Assembly (NCBI GenBank): GCA_965249135.1
Contig: OZ252220.1
Span: forward strand, 1,568,001 to 1,632,000
DNA length: 64,000 bases
Source: Alphaproteobacteria bacterium
GTDB taxonomy: Bacteria; Pseudomonadota; Alphaproteobacteria; GCA-2746255
Reading direction: 5' to 3'
Shown: in pieces, positions 43,130 to 55,029 of the stretch
Layout: each line of letters opens with the position of its first letter
Numbering within the stretch: position 1 is the first letter of the stretch
The notes under the pieces: generated by a model
What the model saw: only the letters and a program-made list of their open reading frames with translations
Told to the model about the DNA's origin: nothing
The model's database searches: none
Program-made: the position numbers and the translations under genes

Positions 43130-43954
43130 CTAGCCGAGCAACCCCCAAACCATGCGGAGCGACGTCGCCATCAGGAAAAGCGCGAAGGCGCGGCGTAAGA
43201 TGCGCGCGCCGACGCGGTGCGCTAGCCGGACGCCTACGGGGGCGGCGAAGATGGTGCCTAAGGAAATGAGCGCAAACGCGGTCAAGCTCACATAGCCAAG
43301 GGAATAGACGGGACGCAGCGGCACGCCCAAACCTGCGATCGCGAACACGATGGCGCCCGGCACGCCGATGATAAGGCCGATGGCGGCTGCCGTGCCGACG
43401 GCACGGGCCATCGGATAGCCGAAGGCGGCGAGGTAAGGCACGCTCATCGTGCCGCCGCCGATGCCGATCATCGCCGAGACGCCGCCGATGACGGCGCCCG
43501 CGCCCTGCAGACTGATCCCGGAAGGCAGGCGATCGGAAAGGCGGAAATTCTCACGTCCGAAGAAGAGGTGGGCGGCGACCAGGATGGCAAGCGTGGCGAA
43601 GGCGCCGGTCAGGATCGCCCCTTCCACGAAGCCGCCGATGCCGGCGCCGACGACGACGCCGAGCAAAATCGAAATCCCCCAGCGCTTGAGCAACCCGATG
43701 TCGACAGCGCCGCGGCGGTTGTGGGCGAAGGCCGAAACGCTCGCCGTCGGCAGAAAGGTGGCAAGCGATGTGCCGACCGCCATATGCATGCGCACAGTCT
43801 CGTCGATGCCGATCGCGCCAAACAAGAAGTAGAGGACCGGCACGATGACGATCCCGCCGCCGACGCCCAGGAAGCCTGCGACGACACCTGCGATGGCGCC
43901 GGTGACGATGAGGCTTGCGGCAAGGAGAATAAGAAGGGGAAGGGATTCCGGCAT
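43130..43954 (-). CDS. Sulfite exporter TauE/SafE family protein
   Basis: GFLGVGGG...VP, A.GTSLA, GIGGG...VP repeats; multi-TM. Confidence 0.9.
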   Translation of the reverse strand: MPESLPLLILLAASLIVTGAIAGVVAGFLGVGGGIVIVPVLYFLFGAIGIDETVRMHMAVGTSLATFLPTASVSAFAHNRRGAVDIGLLKRWGISILLGVVVGAGIGGFVEGAILTGAFATLAILVAAHLFFGRENFRLSDRLPSGISLQGAGAVIGGVSAMIGIGGGTMSVPYLAAFGYPMARAVGTAAAIGLIIGVPGAIVFAIAGLGVPLRPVYSLGYVSLTAFALISLGTIFAAPVGVRLAHRVGARILRRAFALFLMATSLRMVWGLLG

Positions 43955-44026
43955 CCCGGGGCTTTCAGTTTTCGAGGCGCCTCACTTTAGGGGGTGATGG
44001 GCGCGCGCGCCAGCGAAGAGCCGTCT

Positions 44027-44950
44027 TTACGCCTTTGCTTGCGTCTTTCTTTTTGGCGGCATGCTGGCCAGCCAGATGCCATAGAAGACGAAGGGAATGC
44101 CGAGGTAGTGATAACCGTAAAGGTTCTCGCCCAGGAAGAGCATCGCCTGAAAGAGCGCGAAGACCGGCACCAGATTAAAGAGAACCCCGGTTCGGTTGGG
44201 GCCGAGCTTGGCTACGCCATAATTCCAACAAAGGTAACCGATGGCAGCCGCGAAGATGCCGATGTAAAGAAGAGCTACGATCGTCATGCCGTCGAGGATC
44301 ATGGACTTGCCGGTCGCCATTTCCAGGCCATAGAGGGGAAGCAGCATGGGAAGTCCCAAGGCGATCACCACCGTGAGTACGGCCGTCGTGTTGAGGCCTT
44401 CGGGCAATCGCTTCAGCAGCACGGAATAAAACGCCCAGAAGAAGGCGGCGAACAGCATCAACGGATCTCCCCATGCGAGATCGAGCTCGCCAATGAGCCG
44501 CAGATCCCCGCGTAGTACGATGATCGCAACGCCCACCAAGGTGAGTGCGATGCCTAAGGTCTGGTGGTAGGTGACGCGGTCCCGGAACATCAGCCAGGTG
44601 ATCACCGGGATTATCACCGGTACGGTTGCGTTGATGAGACTGGCGTTGATGGCCGTCGTCCACTGGAGCGCCATGTAAACGACGGAGAAGAAACCGGTGA
44701 TCCCGAAGAAGCTAAGGAGGAGGAGCAGCTTCCACTCGTTCAGCAGTGTTCGGTATTGGGTGCGAATGGCCGGCCAGGCGAAGGGGAGCAGAAACAAAAA
44801 CGCGATCGTCCATCGCCAGAAGCAAAGGGCTATCGGCGGGATGTGGTCGACGACCGCCCGCCCGACGATCAGATTCGAGGCCGAGAGGAACATCGCAAGC
44901 CCAACCAGAAAGTAGGGCGAGCGGAAGAGGGAAAGCAGCGATGTTGGCAT
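44027..44950 (-). CDS. DMT (EamA) family transporter; start uncertain
   Basis: About 10 TM segments, P...FWRW, TTAINA, NLVPVF, LGE. Confidence 0.88.
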   Translation of the reverse strand: MPTSLLSLFRSPYFLVGLAMFLSASNLIVGRAVVDHIPPIALCFWRWTIAFLFLLPFAWPAIRTQYRTLLNEWKLLLLLSFFGITGFFSVVYMALQWTTAINASLINATVPVIIPVITWLMFRDRVTYHQTLGIALTLVGVAIIVLRGDLRLIGELDLAWGDPLMLFAAFFWAFYSVLLKRLPEGLNTTAVLTVVIALGLPMLLPLYGLEMATGKSMILDGMTIVALLYIGIFAAAIGYLCWNYGVAKLGPNRTGVLFNLVPVFALFQAMLFLGENLYGYHYLGIPFVFYGIWLASMPPKRKTQAKA

Positions 44951-45220
44951 GGGCCTTTTAAGCGTCGAAAAGGGGGCCATTTCAAAGAAACCGCGCCCTC
45001 CCGTCAACCGGAACCCGCCGGTGACGGCACCGGAAAGCTAAGAATGCCGTACGTAAGGCCCTTGACGGGTTGATCTGGCTGGCTAGCATGATTGCAAAGG
45101 TTGCATGCATCTGGGGAGGACATCCAAGCGTTGCGAACTTGCTTCTCGGCCCACCCTTTGCCGGTGAGGGTTTTTGCGTGAGCCGCGGGGGAGGCACCGC
45201 AATTCGGGTGTGAGAGAGCG

Positions 45221-46870
<1,650 letters not shown>

Positions 46871-46884
46871 AAAGAAGACGAAGG

Positions 46885-47994
46885 TCAGGCGGCGGCGAAG
46901 GCGGAAAGCCGCACGGGCAAGCGCCGCGATCCCCAATTGCCAGGCGTTTCTTCGAAGACGCCGGCACAAGACGTGCCGCAATGCCGACACGTCCCCTTCG
47001 CGCCTAGATCCCAGGAAAGCAGTTCGTACCAATCGCGGCCGATCAACGCCTCGCCGCAAGCGTGGCAATAGGTAGTATCGCCCTTCTTATCGTGGACGTT
47101 GCCGGTATAGGCGTAACGCACGCCGTTCTTAAGCGCAATTTCGCGGGCGCGGCGAAGCGTCTCGGGCGGTGTGGAGGGATGGTCGCGCATTTTCCAATCG
47201 GGATGAAAGGCAGAAAAGTGCATCGGCACATCGGGGCCAAGATGCTCGACGACCCATTGCGTCATCTGGTCGATCTCGGCAGGGGAATCGTTCTCGCCCG
47301 GAATAAGAAGTGTCGTGAGCTCGAACCAGACGTCCGTTTCGTGTTTCAAATATTCAAGGGTTTCCAGAACCGGCGCCAGTTCACCGCCGCAGATCTTCTT
47401 GTAGAAGGATTCCGTAAACGCCTTTAAGTCGACATTGGTGGCATCCATGTGCCGATAGAACTCGATGCGTGGCTCCGGCGTTATGTAACCCGCCGTCACG
47501 GCGACTGTCCGGATCCCTTTTTCGCGACAGGCCTTCGCCACGTCGACGGCGTATTCCAAGAAGATGACCGGGTCGTTGTAGGTAAAGGCGATGCTGCGAC
47601 AACCAAGCTCAAGGGCGGCGTTCGCCAGCGTCTCGGGCGAAGCGGCGTCGGCCAGGGTATCGATCTCGCGGGATTTCGAGATATCCCAGTTCTGGCAGAA
47701 CTTGCAGGCCAGGTTGCAGCCGGCCGTGCCGAAGGAAAGGACCGGCGTTCCGGGCAGGAAGTGATTGAGCGGCTTCTTTTCGATGGGGTCGACGCAAAAG
47801 CTACTCGAGCGGCCGTAGCTGGTGAGCATCAGGCGTTCGCCCTCACGCTTGCGCACGAAGCAAAGGCCGCGCTGGCCATCGTTCAGCCGGCAGAAGCGGG
47901 GACAGAGATCGCACTGAATGCGGCCGTCTTCGAGGCCATGCCAGTAGCGGCCCTCGACCACGCCTAAAATCGGCTCTTCCTTGCGTTGCGCCAT
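46885..47994 (-). CDS. amrS: AmmeMemoRadiSam system radical SAM enzyme
   Basis: CDLCPRFC, DPIEKKPLNHF.PG, GCNLACKFCQNW (CxxxCxxC), YTGNVH. Confidence 0.93.
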   Translation of the reverse strand: MAQRKEEPILGVVEGRYWHGLEDGRIQCDLCPRFCRLNDGQRGLCFVRKREGERLMLTSYGRSSSFCVDPIEKKPLNHFLPGTPVLSFGTAGCNLACKFCQNWDISKSREIDTLADAASPETLANAALELGCRSIAFTYNDPVIFLEYAVDVAKACREKGIRTVAVTAGYITPEPRIEFYRHMDATNVDLKAFTESFYKKICGGELAPVLETLEYLKHETDVWFELTTLLIPGENDSPAEIDQMTQWVVEHLGPDVPMHFSAFHPDWKMRDHPSTPPETLRRAREIALKNGVRYAYTGNVHDKKGDTTYCHACGEALIGRDWYELLSWDLGAKGTCRHCGTSCAGVFEETPGNWGSRRLPVRLSAFAAA

Positions 47995-48061
47995 CACGAT
48001 TGCCCTTTAAACGGCCGCCGAATGCCCTCATATCATCTAGGGAATTTTCGAGGGGGTTTCC

Positions 48062-48850
48062 ATGGCCAAGATTCGCCGGCCCGCCGTCGCCGGGGCCTTC
48101 TATCCGATGCAGCCAGAGGCATTGGATGAGGAAGTGCGCCATTGCTTAAGCGAAGCGGGTGCTGCCGAGGGGCCGGCGCCAAAGGCGTTGATCGCGCCCC
48201 ATGCGGGCTACATCTATTCCGGCTCCATCGCCGGCGAGGTCTATGCTCAACTGCGGCCGGCCCGGGACAAGATTGCCCGTATCGTTCTCATCGGCCCTTC
48301 CCACCACGTCCCCTTTGAGGGCCTTGCCGTGTCTTCGGCGGAAGGGTTCGAAACGCCGCTCGGCGTCGTGCCGGTGGACTGCGAGGCGGTCGAGCAGATC
48401 CTCCGTCTTCCCCAGGTGCAGGTTCTGGACGAAGCTCATGCTGGCGAGCATAGCCTCGAGGTCCAGCTTCCCTTCCTGCAGATCGTGCTCAATGAATTTT
48501 CGATCGTTCCGATTGTCGTCGGCGAGGTGAGGGCGGAAGCGGTTGCCGAAGTGCTGGATATGCTCTGGTCGGGGTCTGAGACCCGGGTCGTCGTGAGTTC
48601 GGATCTTAGTCACTACCACGACTACGAAACGGCGCGCCGAATCGACGCGGCAACCTCGGAAGCCATCGAAGCGTTGCAGCCGGAGCGCATCAAACACGAC
48701 CACGCCTGCGGCCGCAACCCGATCGCCGGCCTTTTGCTGACGGCGCGCAAGCGCGGACTTCATGTACGCCGCCTCGATCTTCGCAATTCCGGCGATACGG
48801 CGGGGCCCCGGGATCAGGTCGTGGGCTATGGCGCCTATGCCGTCGGCTGA
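48062..48850 (+). CDS. amrB: AmmeMemoRadiSam system protein B (MEMO1 family)
   Basis: R.PAVAG.FYP, PHAGY.YSG, EHSLEVQLPFLQ, SSDLSHY, ACG, VVGY. Confidence 0.93.
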   Translation: MAKIRRPAVAGAFYPMQPEALDEEVRHCLSEAGAAEGPAPKALIAPHAGYIYSGSIAGEVYAQLRPARDKIARIVLIGPSHHVPFEGLAVSSAEGFETPLGVVPVDCEAVEQILRLPQVQVLDEAHAGEHSLEVQLPFLQIVLNEFSIVPIVVGEVRAEAVAEVLDMLWSGSETRVVVSSDLSHYHDYETARRIDAATSEAIEALQPERIKHDHACGRNPIAGLLLTARKRGLHVRRLDLRNSGDTAGPRDQVVGYGAYAVG

Positions 48851-49439
48851 AGCCGATCGCGCCCTTTTGCTCGCGCATGGGGAGGCGCTTCTCGATCTTG
48901 CCTTTCGTGCGATCGAGACGCGCATCAAAACCGGCGAGCAGTCCACCATCGATCCGGACGCGCACCCGGAAGCCTTGCGCGCGCCACGCGCCACCTTCGT
49001 GACGCTCAGGCTGCGGGAAAACTTGCGCGGCTGTCTCGGCACGGTGGAAGCCTGGCGTCCCTTGGTCGAGGACGCCGTCGATAATGCCCATCGCGCCGCC
49101 TTCGACGATCCCCGTTTTGCATGCCTGACCGAAGACGAGCTCGAGCACCTCGACGTTTCGATCTCGCTGCTCACGCCGCTTGAGCCGGTCGAAGGGAAAA
49201 ACGAAGAAGCCGTGCTGGCAATGATCCGCCCCGGCATCGACGGGCTCGTGCTGCGGGAAGGGGCGACGCGCGGCCTCTTCCTGCCCCAGGTCTGGGAGAT
49301 GTTGCCCGAGCCCGAGCGCTTCTTAGCCGAGTTGAAGGGTAAGGCAGGTCTTCCCCAGGACTATTGGTCGCCTGCGTTGCAGGTGCTTCGCTTCACGACG
49401 ACGTCGGTGAAGCGGCCGAATTCCGGTGCGGCGGCCTAA
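48837..49439 (+). CDS. amrA: AmmeMemoRadiSam system protein A (AMMECR1 family)
   Basis: ATFVTL, LRGCLG, AF.DPRF, FLPQVW, L..KAG. Confidence 0.92.
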   Translation: MPSAEADRALLLAHGEALLDLAFRAIETRIKTGEQSTIDPDAHPEALRAPRATFVTLRLRENLRGCLGTVEAWRPLVEDAVDNAHRAAFDDPRFACLTEDELEHLDVSISLLTPLEPVEGKNEEAVLAMIRPGIDGLVLREGATRGLFLPQVWEMLPEPERFLAELKGKAGLPQDYWSPALQVLRFTTTSVKRPNSGAAA

Positions 49440-49688
49440 GGTCCTTAGAAAATGTTCCGCCTCCCTTGATCCGAGCCGCAGGGCCTGACACGATCTTCGG
49501 CAAGGTCATGGCCCAACTCGAGATTTTCGATCGCACGCTTTCGGCCAGGGCCGTCGGCGAAGGGCGTAAGGAAACGGAAAAAGCGTGACTCTATAAAATA
49601 AACAACGCATGACCGAGTTCCCGACGACCGTTACGACTGGCTGGAGTTGATGCCCAGCTATTGAGAAATAAGGAACGAAAGGAAGCCG

Positions 49689-50942
49689 TTGGACGTTCTT
49701 GCCGTCATCACCGTCGCCCTTGCCTTTCTCGCCTTTGGTCTGATTAGTCGAAGGCTCGATGGCTCGCTCCTCACCGGGCCGATGCTATTCGCCGGGTTTG
49801 GGCTTCTGGTGGGGCCGTTGGCGCTTGACCTCGTCCCGGTCCAGGTGACGAACGCGACCTTTCACATGCTCGCCGAGGTCACCCTCATCCTGGTCCTTTT
49901 TTCGGACGCCGCGAACATCGACTTCCGGCAACTCAAGAAAGACCACAACCTTTCGGTGCGCATGCTCGCGATCGGGATGCCGCTTACGATCGTTTTCGGG
50001 GCCTTCGCCGTGCTGCTTCTTCTACCCGGCTTCTCGGTCTGGGAAGCGGCTTTGCTCGCCGCCATTCTGACGCCGACGGATGCGGCGTTGGGCGAGGCGG
50101 TCGTCACAAACGAACGTGTGCCACTTCGTATCCGCCAAGCCCTAAGCGTCGAAAGCGGACTGAACGACGGCATCGCCCTTCCTTTCGTTCTGATCTTTGC
50201 AAGTCTTGCGAGCGCGATGGGCGGGACGGAACCTGGCGAGTGGCTTCTTTTCGGAGCGAAGCAAGTGATCCTTGGTCCAATGGTCGGTGTTTTCATCGGT
50301 TTTGTCGGTGCAAAACTCGTCGCCCGTTGTTACCGATCCGATTGGATGGAGGAATGGGCCGAGGGCGTCATCGCATTGTCGCTGGCCTTGGGCGCCTATG
50401 CATCGGCCGAGTTCGTCCATGGCAATGGGTTCATCGCCGCCTTCGTTACCGGATTGGTTTTCGCAAACACCCTCTCCCACAAATGCGAATACCTTTACAA
50501 ATTCGCAAAGACGGAAGGCCAGTTCTTCGTATTGGGCACGTTTTTGTTGTTCGGCTGCGCGATGGTGCCGACCGTCCTTGCCGATCTGGAGGTTCGCCAT
50601 CTCATCTTTGCGGTCTTGAGTTTGACGGTGCTCCGCATGCTGCCGGTTTCGCTTGCGTTGCTTGGCACGCGCGTGCGGCCTGTCACCTCGGGCTTCTTGG
50701 GTTGGTTCGGCCCGCGCGGCCTGGCATCGATCGTGTTTGTGTTGTTGATCCTGGAGGAGGTGGAGGTTCCCCATAAGAGTGAAATCTTCGCCATCACGAT
50801 CCTGACCGTGGGTTTGAGTATCCTGTTGCACGGGGTGACGGCCGGCCCGGCGGCGAAGGCCTATGGGGCAAAGGCGAAAGCCATGGGAACCTGCACGGAA
50901 AACCAGCCGATCACCGGCGCCCACTTCTTCGAAAAGACGTAA
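49689..50942 (+). CDS. Cation:proton antiporter (CPA1/NhaP-like)
   Basis: PTDAALG, ESGLNDG, WFGPRGLAS; multi-TM; TTG start. Confidence 0.9.
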   Translation: MDVLAVITVALAFLAFGLISRRLDGSLLTGPMLFAGFGLLVGPLALDLVPVQVTNATFHMLAEVTLILVLFSDAANIDFRQLKKDHNLSVRMLAIGMPLTIVFGAFAVLLLLPGFSVWEAALLAAILTPTDAALGEAVVTNERVPLRIRQALSVESGLNDGIALPFVLIFASLASAMGGTEPGEWLLFGAKQVILGPMVGVFIGFVGAKLVARCYRSDWMEEWAEGVIALSLALGAYASAEFVHGNGFIAAFVTGLVFANTLSHKCEYLYKFAKTEGQFFVLGTFLLFGCAMVPTVLADLEVRHLIFAVLSLTVLRMLPVSLALLGTRVRPVTSGFLGWFGPRGLASIVFVLLILEEVEVPHKSEIFAITILTVGLSILLHGVTAGPAAKAYGAKAKAMGTCTENQPITGAHFFEKT

Positions 50943-51002
50943 GCACACAAGTTTCTTAAAGGTTTAAGAACGGCCTCAGCCAGACGAAGGGAGGAAAAAG
51001 CC

Positions 51003-51746
51003 ATGTTGAATGACAAGCAATTGGAAATGTGCGAATCCAGCCAATGGGATTTCTCGGACCTTCGGGCGCTTTTCCTGAATTGTACGCTGAAGCGAAGCCC
51101 CGAGCTTTCCCACACGGAAGGTCTCATTCGCATCTCACGGGCGATCATGGAAAAGAACGGGGTTTCGGTCGAGGTATTGCGCCCGGTCGATTACCGGCTC
51201 GCCTTCGGTGTCTATCCGGATATGCGCGAGCAAGGCTGGGAGGAAGACGACTGGCCGGAGATTTACGAGAAGGTAAAGGCGGCCCATGTCCTCGTCGTCA
51301 CCTCGCCGATCTGGCTGGGCGAGAAGTCGTCGGTCTGCACGCAGACAATCGAGCGGCTCCATTCCTCTTCGGGCGATCTGAACGCGGCGGGACAGTACGC
51401 CTATTACGGCAAGGTCGGCGGCTGTTTAATTACCGGGAACGAGGATGGCGCGAAGCACTGTTCGATGAACATCTTGTACTCGCTTCAGCATCTGGGCTAC
51501 GTCATTCCGCCCCAGGCCGATGCCGGTTGGCTCGGCGAAGCGGGCCCGGGGCCTTCCTATCTGGACCCCGGTTCCGGCGCGCCGGAGAACGATTTTACGA
51601 ATCGCAACACGACTTTCATGACCTGGAACCTGTTGCATCTTGCGCGCATGCTGAAGGACGCGGGCGGCATGCCGGCCCATGGGAACCAGCGCTCGAAGTG
51701 GGACGCAGGCTGCCGGTTCGACTATCCGAACCCGGATTACCGCTAA
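51003..51746 (+). CDS. Flavodoxin-fold NAD(P)H-dependent FMN reductase (WrbA-like)
   Basis: NCTLK.S...SHT, SPIWLG, KVGG..ITGNEDG; SD GGAGG. Confidence 0.82.
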   Translation: MLNDKQLEMCESSQWDFSDLRALFLNCTLKRSPELSHTEGLIRISRAIMEKNGVSVEVLRPVDYRLAFGVYPDMREQGWEEDDWPEIYEKVKAAHVLVVTSPIWLGEKSSVCTQTIERLHSSSGDLNAAGQYAYYGKVGGCLITGNEDGAKHCSMNILYSLQHLGYVIPPQADAGWLGEAGPGPSYLDPGSGAPENDFTNRNTTFMTWNLLHLARMLKDAGGMPAHGNQRSKWDAGCRFDYPNPDYR

Positions 51747-51749
51747 GGC

Positions 51750-53273
51750 CTAGCGTTTCTTCCAATCACCGGTCGAAGCAAACGCATCCGCCGTACGGAT
51801 TAACGTCGCCTCGTCGAAATGCTTGCCGACCAGCATCATGCCAATTGGCAAACCGCCGACCATGCCGCACGGCACCGTGAAGGCCGGGTTTCCGGCCACG
51901 TCGAAGGGGCAGGTGTTGTGCTGCATGTTGAGCGCGAGCGTAATCGTTTCCTCGCGTGAGCAGTCGGCGTCAGGGAGCTTTGCCGCCGGGAACGGGATCG
52001 TCGGCATGGCGATGACGTCATAGCTTTCCAGCACGTGGTCATAGGCTTTACGCACGAGGGGCTTCAGATTCTGACCCTTCGCGTGGTACCGGCCGTGGTA
52101 GAAGCGGTTCAGATATTCGCCGAGCAGGAGGACGAGCTTGCAGGTCTCCGAGAGATCGTCGGGGCGTGAGCGCCAGCCGCGGGCAAACGCATCGATCAAC
52201 GACGTCGTGTAGTAACCGTTCCAGTTGTTACCAAGGGCATTTCCCTTGATCATCATCTCGGCCGCCCCTTCCGTGATGATCGCTCCCCAGATGTGGGGGG
52301 CGTCCAGATGCATCGGGATCGAGACCTCTTCGACGGTGGCACCCTCGCGGCCAAGCACGTCGATGGCGGCCAGCACCTTCCTATCCGTCTCGGGATCGCT
52401 TTCCGGATGTGCGAAGCCTTCCTTGAGGACGGCGATCTTCATGCCTTTGACGCCCTTGCCAAGGGCGCCCAAGTAATCGCCCGTGGTGGCGATCGTCGTC
52501 CTGGGATCGAGGGGATCGCGCCCCGCGATGGCTGTCAGCAGGCGGGCAACGTTTTCAGGGCTCGAGCAGATCGGCCCGCAATGATCCAAGGCATACGAAA
52601 TCGGCATCGCGCCGGTCAGCGGCACCAGCCCCCAGGTGGGCTTCAATCCATAGGCCCCGCACCAGCAGGACGGCGTGCGGATCGAGCCGCCCTGGTCGCC
52701 GCCGAGCGCCATCTCGACGTCGCCCACCGCGATCAGGGCGGCGCTGCCGCCGGACGACCCGCCCGCCGAGTGCGCCGGGTTGTGGGGATTGTGAATGGGC
52801 CCCGTCGCACAGGTGTGGCTGCCGGCCGAGAAGCAGAGGTCCTCGCAGGCTGCCTTGCCGACGATGGTTCCGCCATGATCGAGGATGCGGGTGACGACGG
52901 TGGCATCAACGTCCGGCACGTAGCCTTCGAGCACGCGCGAGCCGTTCATCATCGGCACGCCGGCAACGCAGATGTTGTCCTTGATGGCGACGCGCTGGCC
53001 TTTGAGTACGCCGTCGGCCGCTCCCTTGATCTCCGTCTTCCAGTACCAGGCATTGAAGGGGTTTTCGTCCGGCCCCGGGCGATAGCCGGGTGAACGCGGG
53101 TATTTGACCGGTGGTGCGGGCTCGACGAGCTCGTCAATCCTGGCATAGGAACCGACGAATCCGCCGATGATCTGTTGGAAGGACTCGGCGTCGGCGAGGC
53201 TGAAATTAAATCCGTAGCTATCGGCAATCTCAAGGATTTGCTCGATCGTCGGCGGCCGCACGGAAATCGTCAT
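51750..53273 (-). CDS. Amidase (amidase-signature family)
   Basis: AIKDN, GGSSGGS, GGDQGGSIR.P, GLKPT; adjacent to nitrile hydratase. Confidence 0.93.
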   Translation of the reverse strand: MTISVRPPTIEQILEIADSYGFNFSLADAESFQQIIGGFVGSYARIDELVEPAPPVKYPRSPGYRPGPDENPFNAWYWKTEIKGAADGVLKGQRVAIKDNICVAGVPMMNGSRVLEGYVPDVDATVVTRILDHGGTIVGKAACEDLCFSAGSHTCATGPIHNPHNPAHSAGGSSGGSAALIAVGDVEMALGGDQGGSIRTPSCWCGAYGLKPTWGLVPLTGAMPISYALDHCGPICSSPENVARLLTAIAGRDPLDPRTTIATTGDYLGALGKGVKGMKIAVLKEGFAHPESDPETDRKVLAAIDVLGREGATVEEVSIPMHLDAPHIWGAIITEGAAEMMIKGNALGNNWNGYYTTSLIDAFARGWRSRPDDLSETCKLVLLLGEYLNRFYHGRYHAKGQNLKPLVRKAYDHVLESYDVIAMPTIPFPAAKLPDADCSREETITLALNMQHNTCPFDVAGNPAFTVPCGMVGGLPIGMMLVGKHFDEATLIRTADAFASTGDWKKR

Positions 53274-53388
53274 CGGAACTCCCCCCTTAAGTTCAGAGCC
53301 TGCGCTTGACTCCTTTTCTTATTCCTCAACACTATTGGATGGGCCAAGAGACGTACAATCCTTTCCTTAAAATCGGGTGCGGGAATCG

Positions 53389-53988
53389 ATGGCCGATCAT
53401 GACCACACGGCACCACTTCCGGACGTCGTCCTTCGCGTAAAAGCGCTCGAATCCCTTCTCGTCGATAGGGGGCTCGTCGACCCGGCGGCGCTCGATACGT
53501 TGATCGACCTTTACGAGAACCAGATCGGACCGAAGAACGGGGCGCGCATCGTCGCCCGCGCCTGGGTGGATCCAAAATTCAAGACGTGGCTGCTCAAGGA
53601 TGCAACGCCCGCCGTCGCCTCGTTCGGCTTTGCAAGCGACAAGGGCAAGACGCTGGTCGCCATCGAGAACACACGCAAGGTGCACAACCTCGTCGTGTGC
53701 ACGCTTTGCTCCTGCTATCCCTGGGCGACACTCGGGCTGCCGCCGGTCTGGTACAAGTCCGCCCCTTATCGCGCGCGCGCCGCGAAGGACCCACGCGGCG
53801 TGCTGCGTGAGTTCGGGACGATACTCGATGACGACGTCGAGATCCGGGTATGGGACAGCAACGCGGAGGTTCGCTACTTCGTGCTGCCCGAACGGCCGGA
53901 AGGCACGGAAGGGATGTCGGAGGAGGCGTTGGCGGAGCTGGTGACACGGGATTCGATGATCGGGGTCACGAAGGCGGGCGCACGATAA
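53389..53988 (+). CDS. nthA: Cobalt-type nitrile hydratase alpha subunit
   Basis: [10 protein letters not shown] (Thr/Tyr = Co type), [19 protein letters not shown]. Confidence 0.96.
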   Translation: MADHDHTAPLPDVVLRVKALESLLVDRGLVDPAALDTLIDLYENQIGPKNGARIVARAWVDPKFKTWLLKDATPAVASFGFASDKGKTLVAIENTRKVHNLVVCTLCSCYPWATLGLPPVWYKSAPYRARAAKDPRGVLREFGTILDDDVEIRVWDSNAEVRYFVLPERPEGTEGMSEEALAELVTRDSMIGVTKAGAR

Positions 53989-54004
53989 GGAGAATGAGAG
54001 AAGG

Positions 54005-54670
54005 ATGAGTGGCGTTCACGAATTGGCCGGGCGTTCGGGCTTCGGTCCCATCGAAAGGGAAGCGAACGAGCCCGTCTTCCATGAGGAATGGGAACGGCGC
54101 GTCTTTGCGCTGATGATGGCGACGTTCGCCGCCGGCGAATACAATTTGGATGCGTTTCGCCATGCGATCGAGCGGATGGGGCGTGAGGAATACCTCAAAG
54201 CGAGTTACTACGAACACTGGCTCTTCGCCGTCGAACGTCTGCTCGTCGAAAAAGGCTGCATCTCGGAAGCGGAGCTTCAGGGCCACACGCGCAAAAATCG
54301 AAAAGAGGAAAAGCGAAGGCCGATCTTGAAGGCCGAAGACGTCGAGCGAGTCGTGAAGCTGAGTGGCTCAGGCCGGATCGAGAAAGACGTGCCTCCCAAA
54401 TTCAAGCCCGGGGATCGGATCGTTGCCTGCGAATTTATACCGAAAGGGCATACGCGCCTTCCCCATTACGTGCAGGGCAAGCGGGGCGTGGTGGAGCGCG
54501 ACCACGGGGTTTACGTCTTTCCGGACACGAATGCGCATGGTGGGCCAGAAAGCCCGCAGCACGTCTATAACGTGCGCTTCGACTTCAAGGAAATCTGGGG
54601 GGAGGATGCGCAAACAAATGCCGCTCTTCACATCGATCTCTGGGACGACTACATGGAACTTGCCGAATGA
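54005..54670 (+). CDS. nthB: Nitrile hydratase beta subunit
   Basis: M.G.H.L.G..GFGP, FHEEWE.R, R.AIERM, SYYEHW, GHTRLP.Y. Confidence 0.95.
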   Translation: MSGVHELAGRSGFGPIEREANEPVFHEEWERRVFALMMATFAAGEYNLDAFRHAIERMGREEYLKASYYEHWLFAVERLLVEKGCISEAELQGHTRKNRKEEKRRPILKAEDVERVVKLSGSGRIEKDVPPKFKPGDRIVACEFIPKGHTRLPHYVQGKRGVVERDHGVYVFPDTNAHGGPESPQHVYNVRFDFKEIWGEDAQTNAALHIDLWDDYMELAE

Positions 54671-55029
54671 CCCGTCTCAATGAACTCGCCCATCTGCCCC
54701 AAGACGCCGGAGGCCCGACCTTCAAGGAACCCTGGGAGGCGCAGGCCTTCGCGATCGTCATCAAGCTCTTCGAGGAAGGCCACTTCACCTGGAAGGAATG
54801 GGCGGACACCTTGGCCCAAGAGATCAAGGCGGCCCAAGAAGAAGGTGATCCCGATCTCGGCGATACCTACTACCGCCATTGGCTGGCAGCCCTTGAACGG
54901 ATCGTACTTGAGAAAGGACTTGCGAGCGCGACCGAGCTTGCCTCGCGAAAGGAAGCCTGGGCCGAGGCCGTCGATCGAACGCCCTTCGGCGAGCCGATCG
55001 CGTTGAAGAACGAGAAGGAGCGTCCATGA
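54667..55029 (+). CDS. Nitrile hydratase accessory/activator protein (P14K-like)
   Basis: F.EPWEAQAFA, FTW.EW, YY.HWL.ALE, TP.G.PI; ATGA overlap with nthB. Confidence 0.9.
   Translation: MTRLNELAHLPQDAGGPTFKEPWEAQAFAIVIKLFEEGHFTWKEWADTLAQEIKAAQEEGDPDLGDTYYRHWLAALERIVLEKGLASATELASRKEAWAEAVDRTPFGEPIALKNEKERP

Noticed and set aside
49440-49688. Riboswitch or small ORF upstream of the antiporter
   Set aside because: No match to riboswitch consensus sequences I can recognise; the short ORF has no supporting motif; an Rfam scan would settle it
53274-53388. Cobalamin riboswitch or operator before the NHase operon
   Set aside because: The 115-bp gap is short, with no B12-box and no convincing dyad
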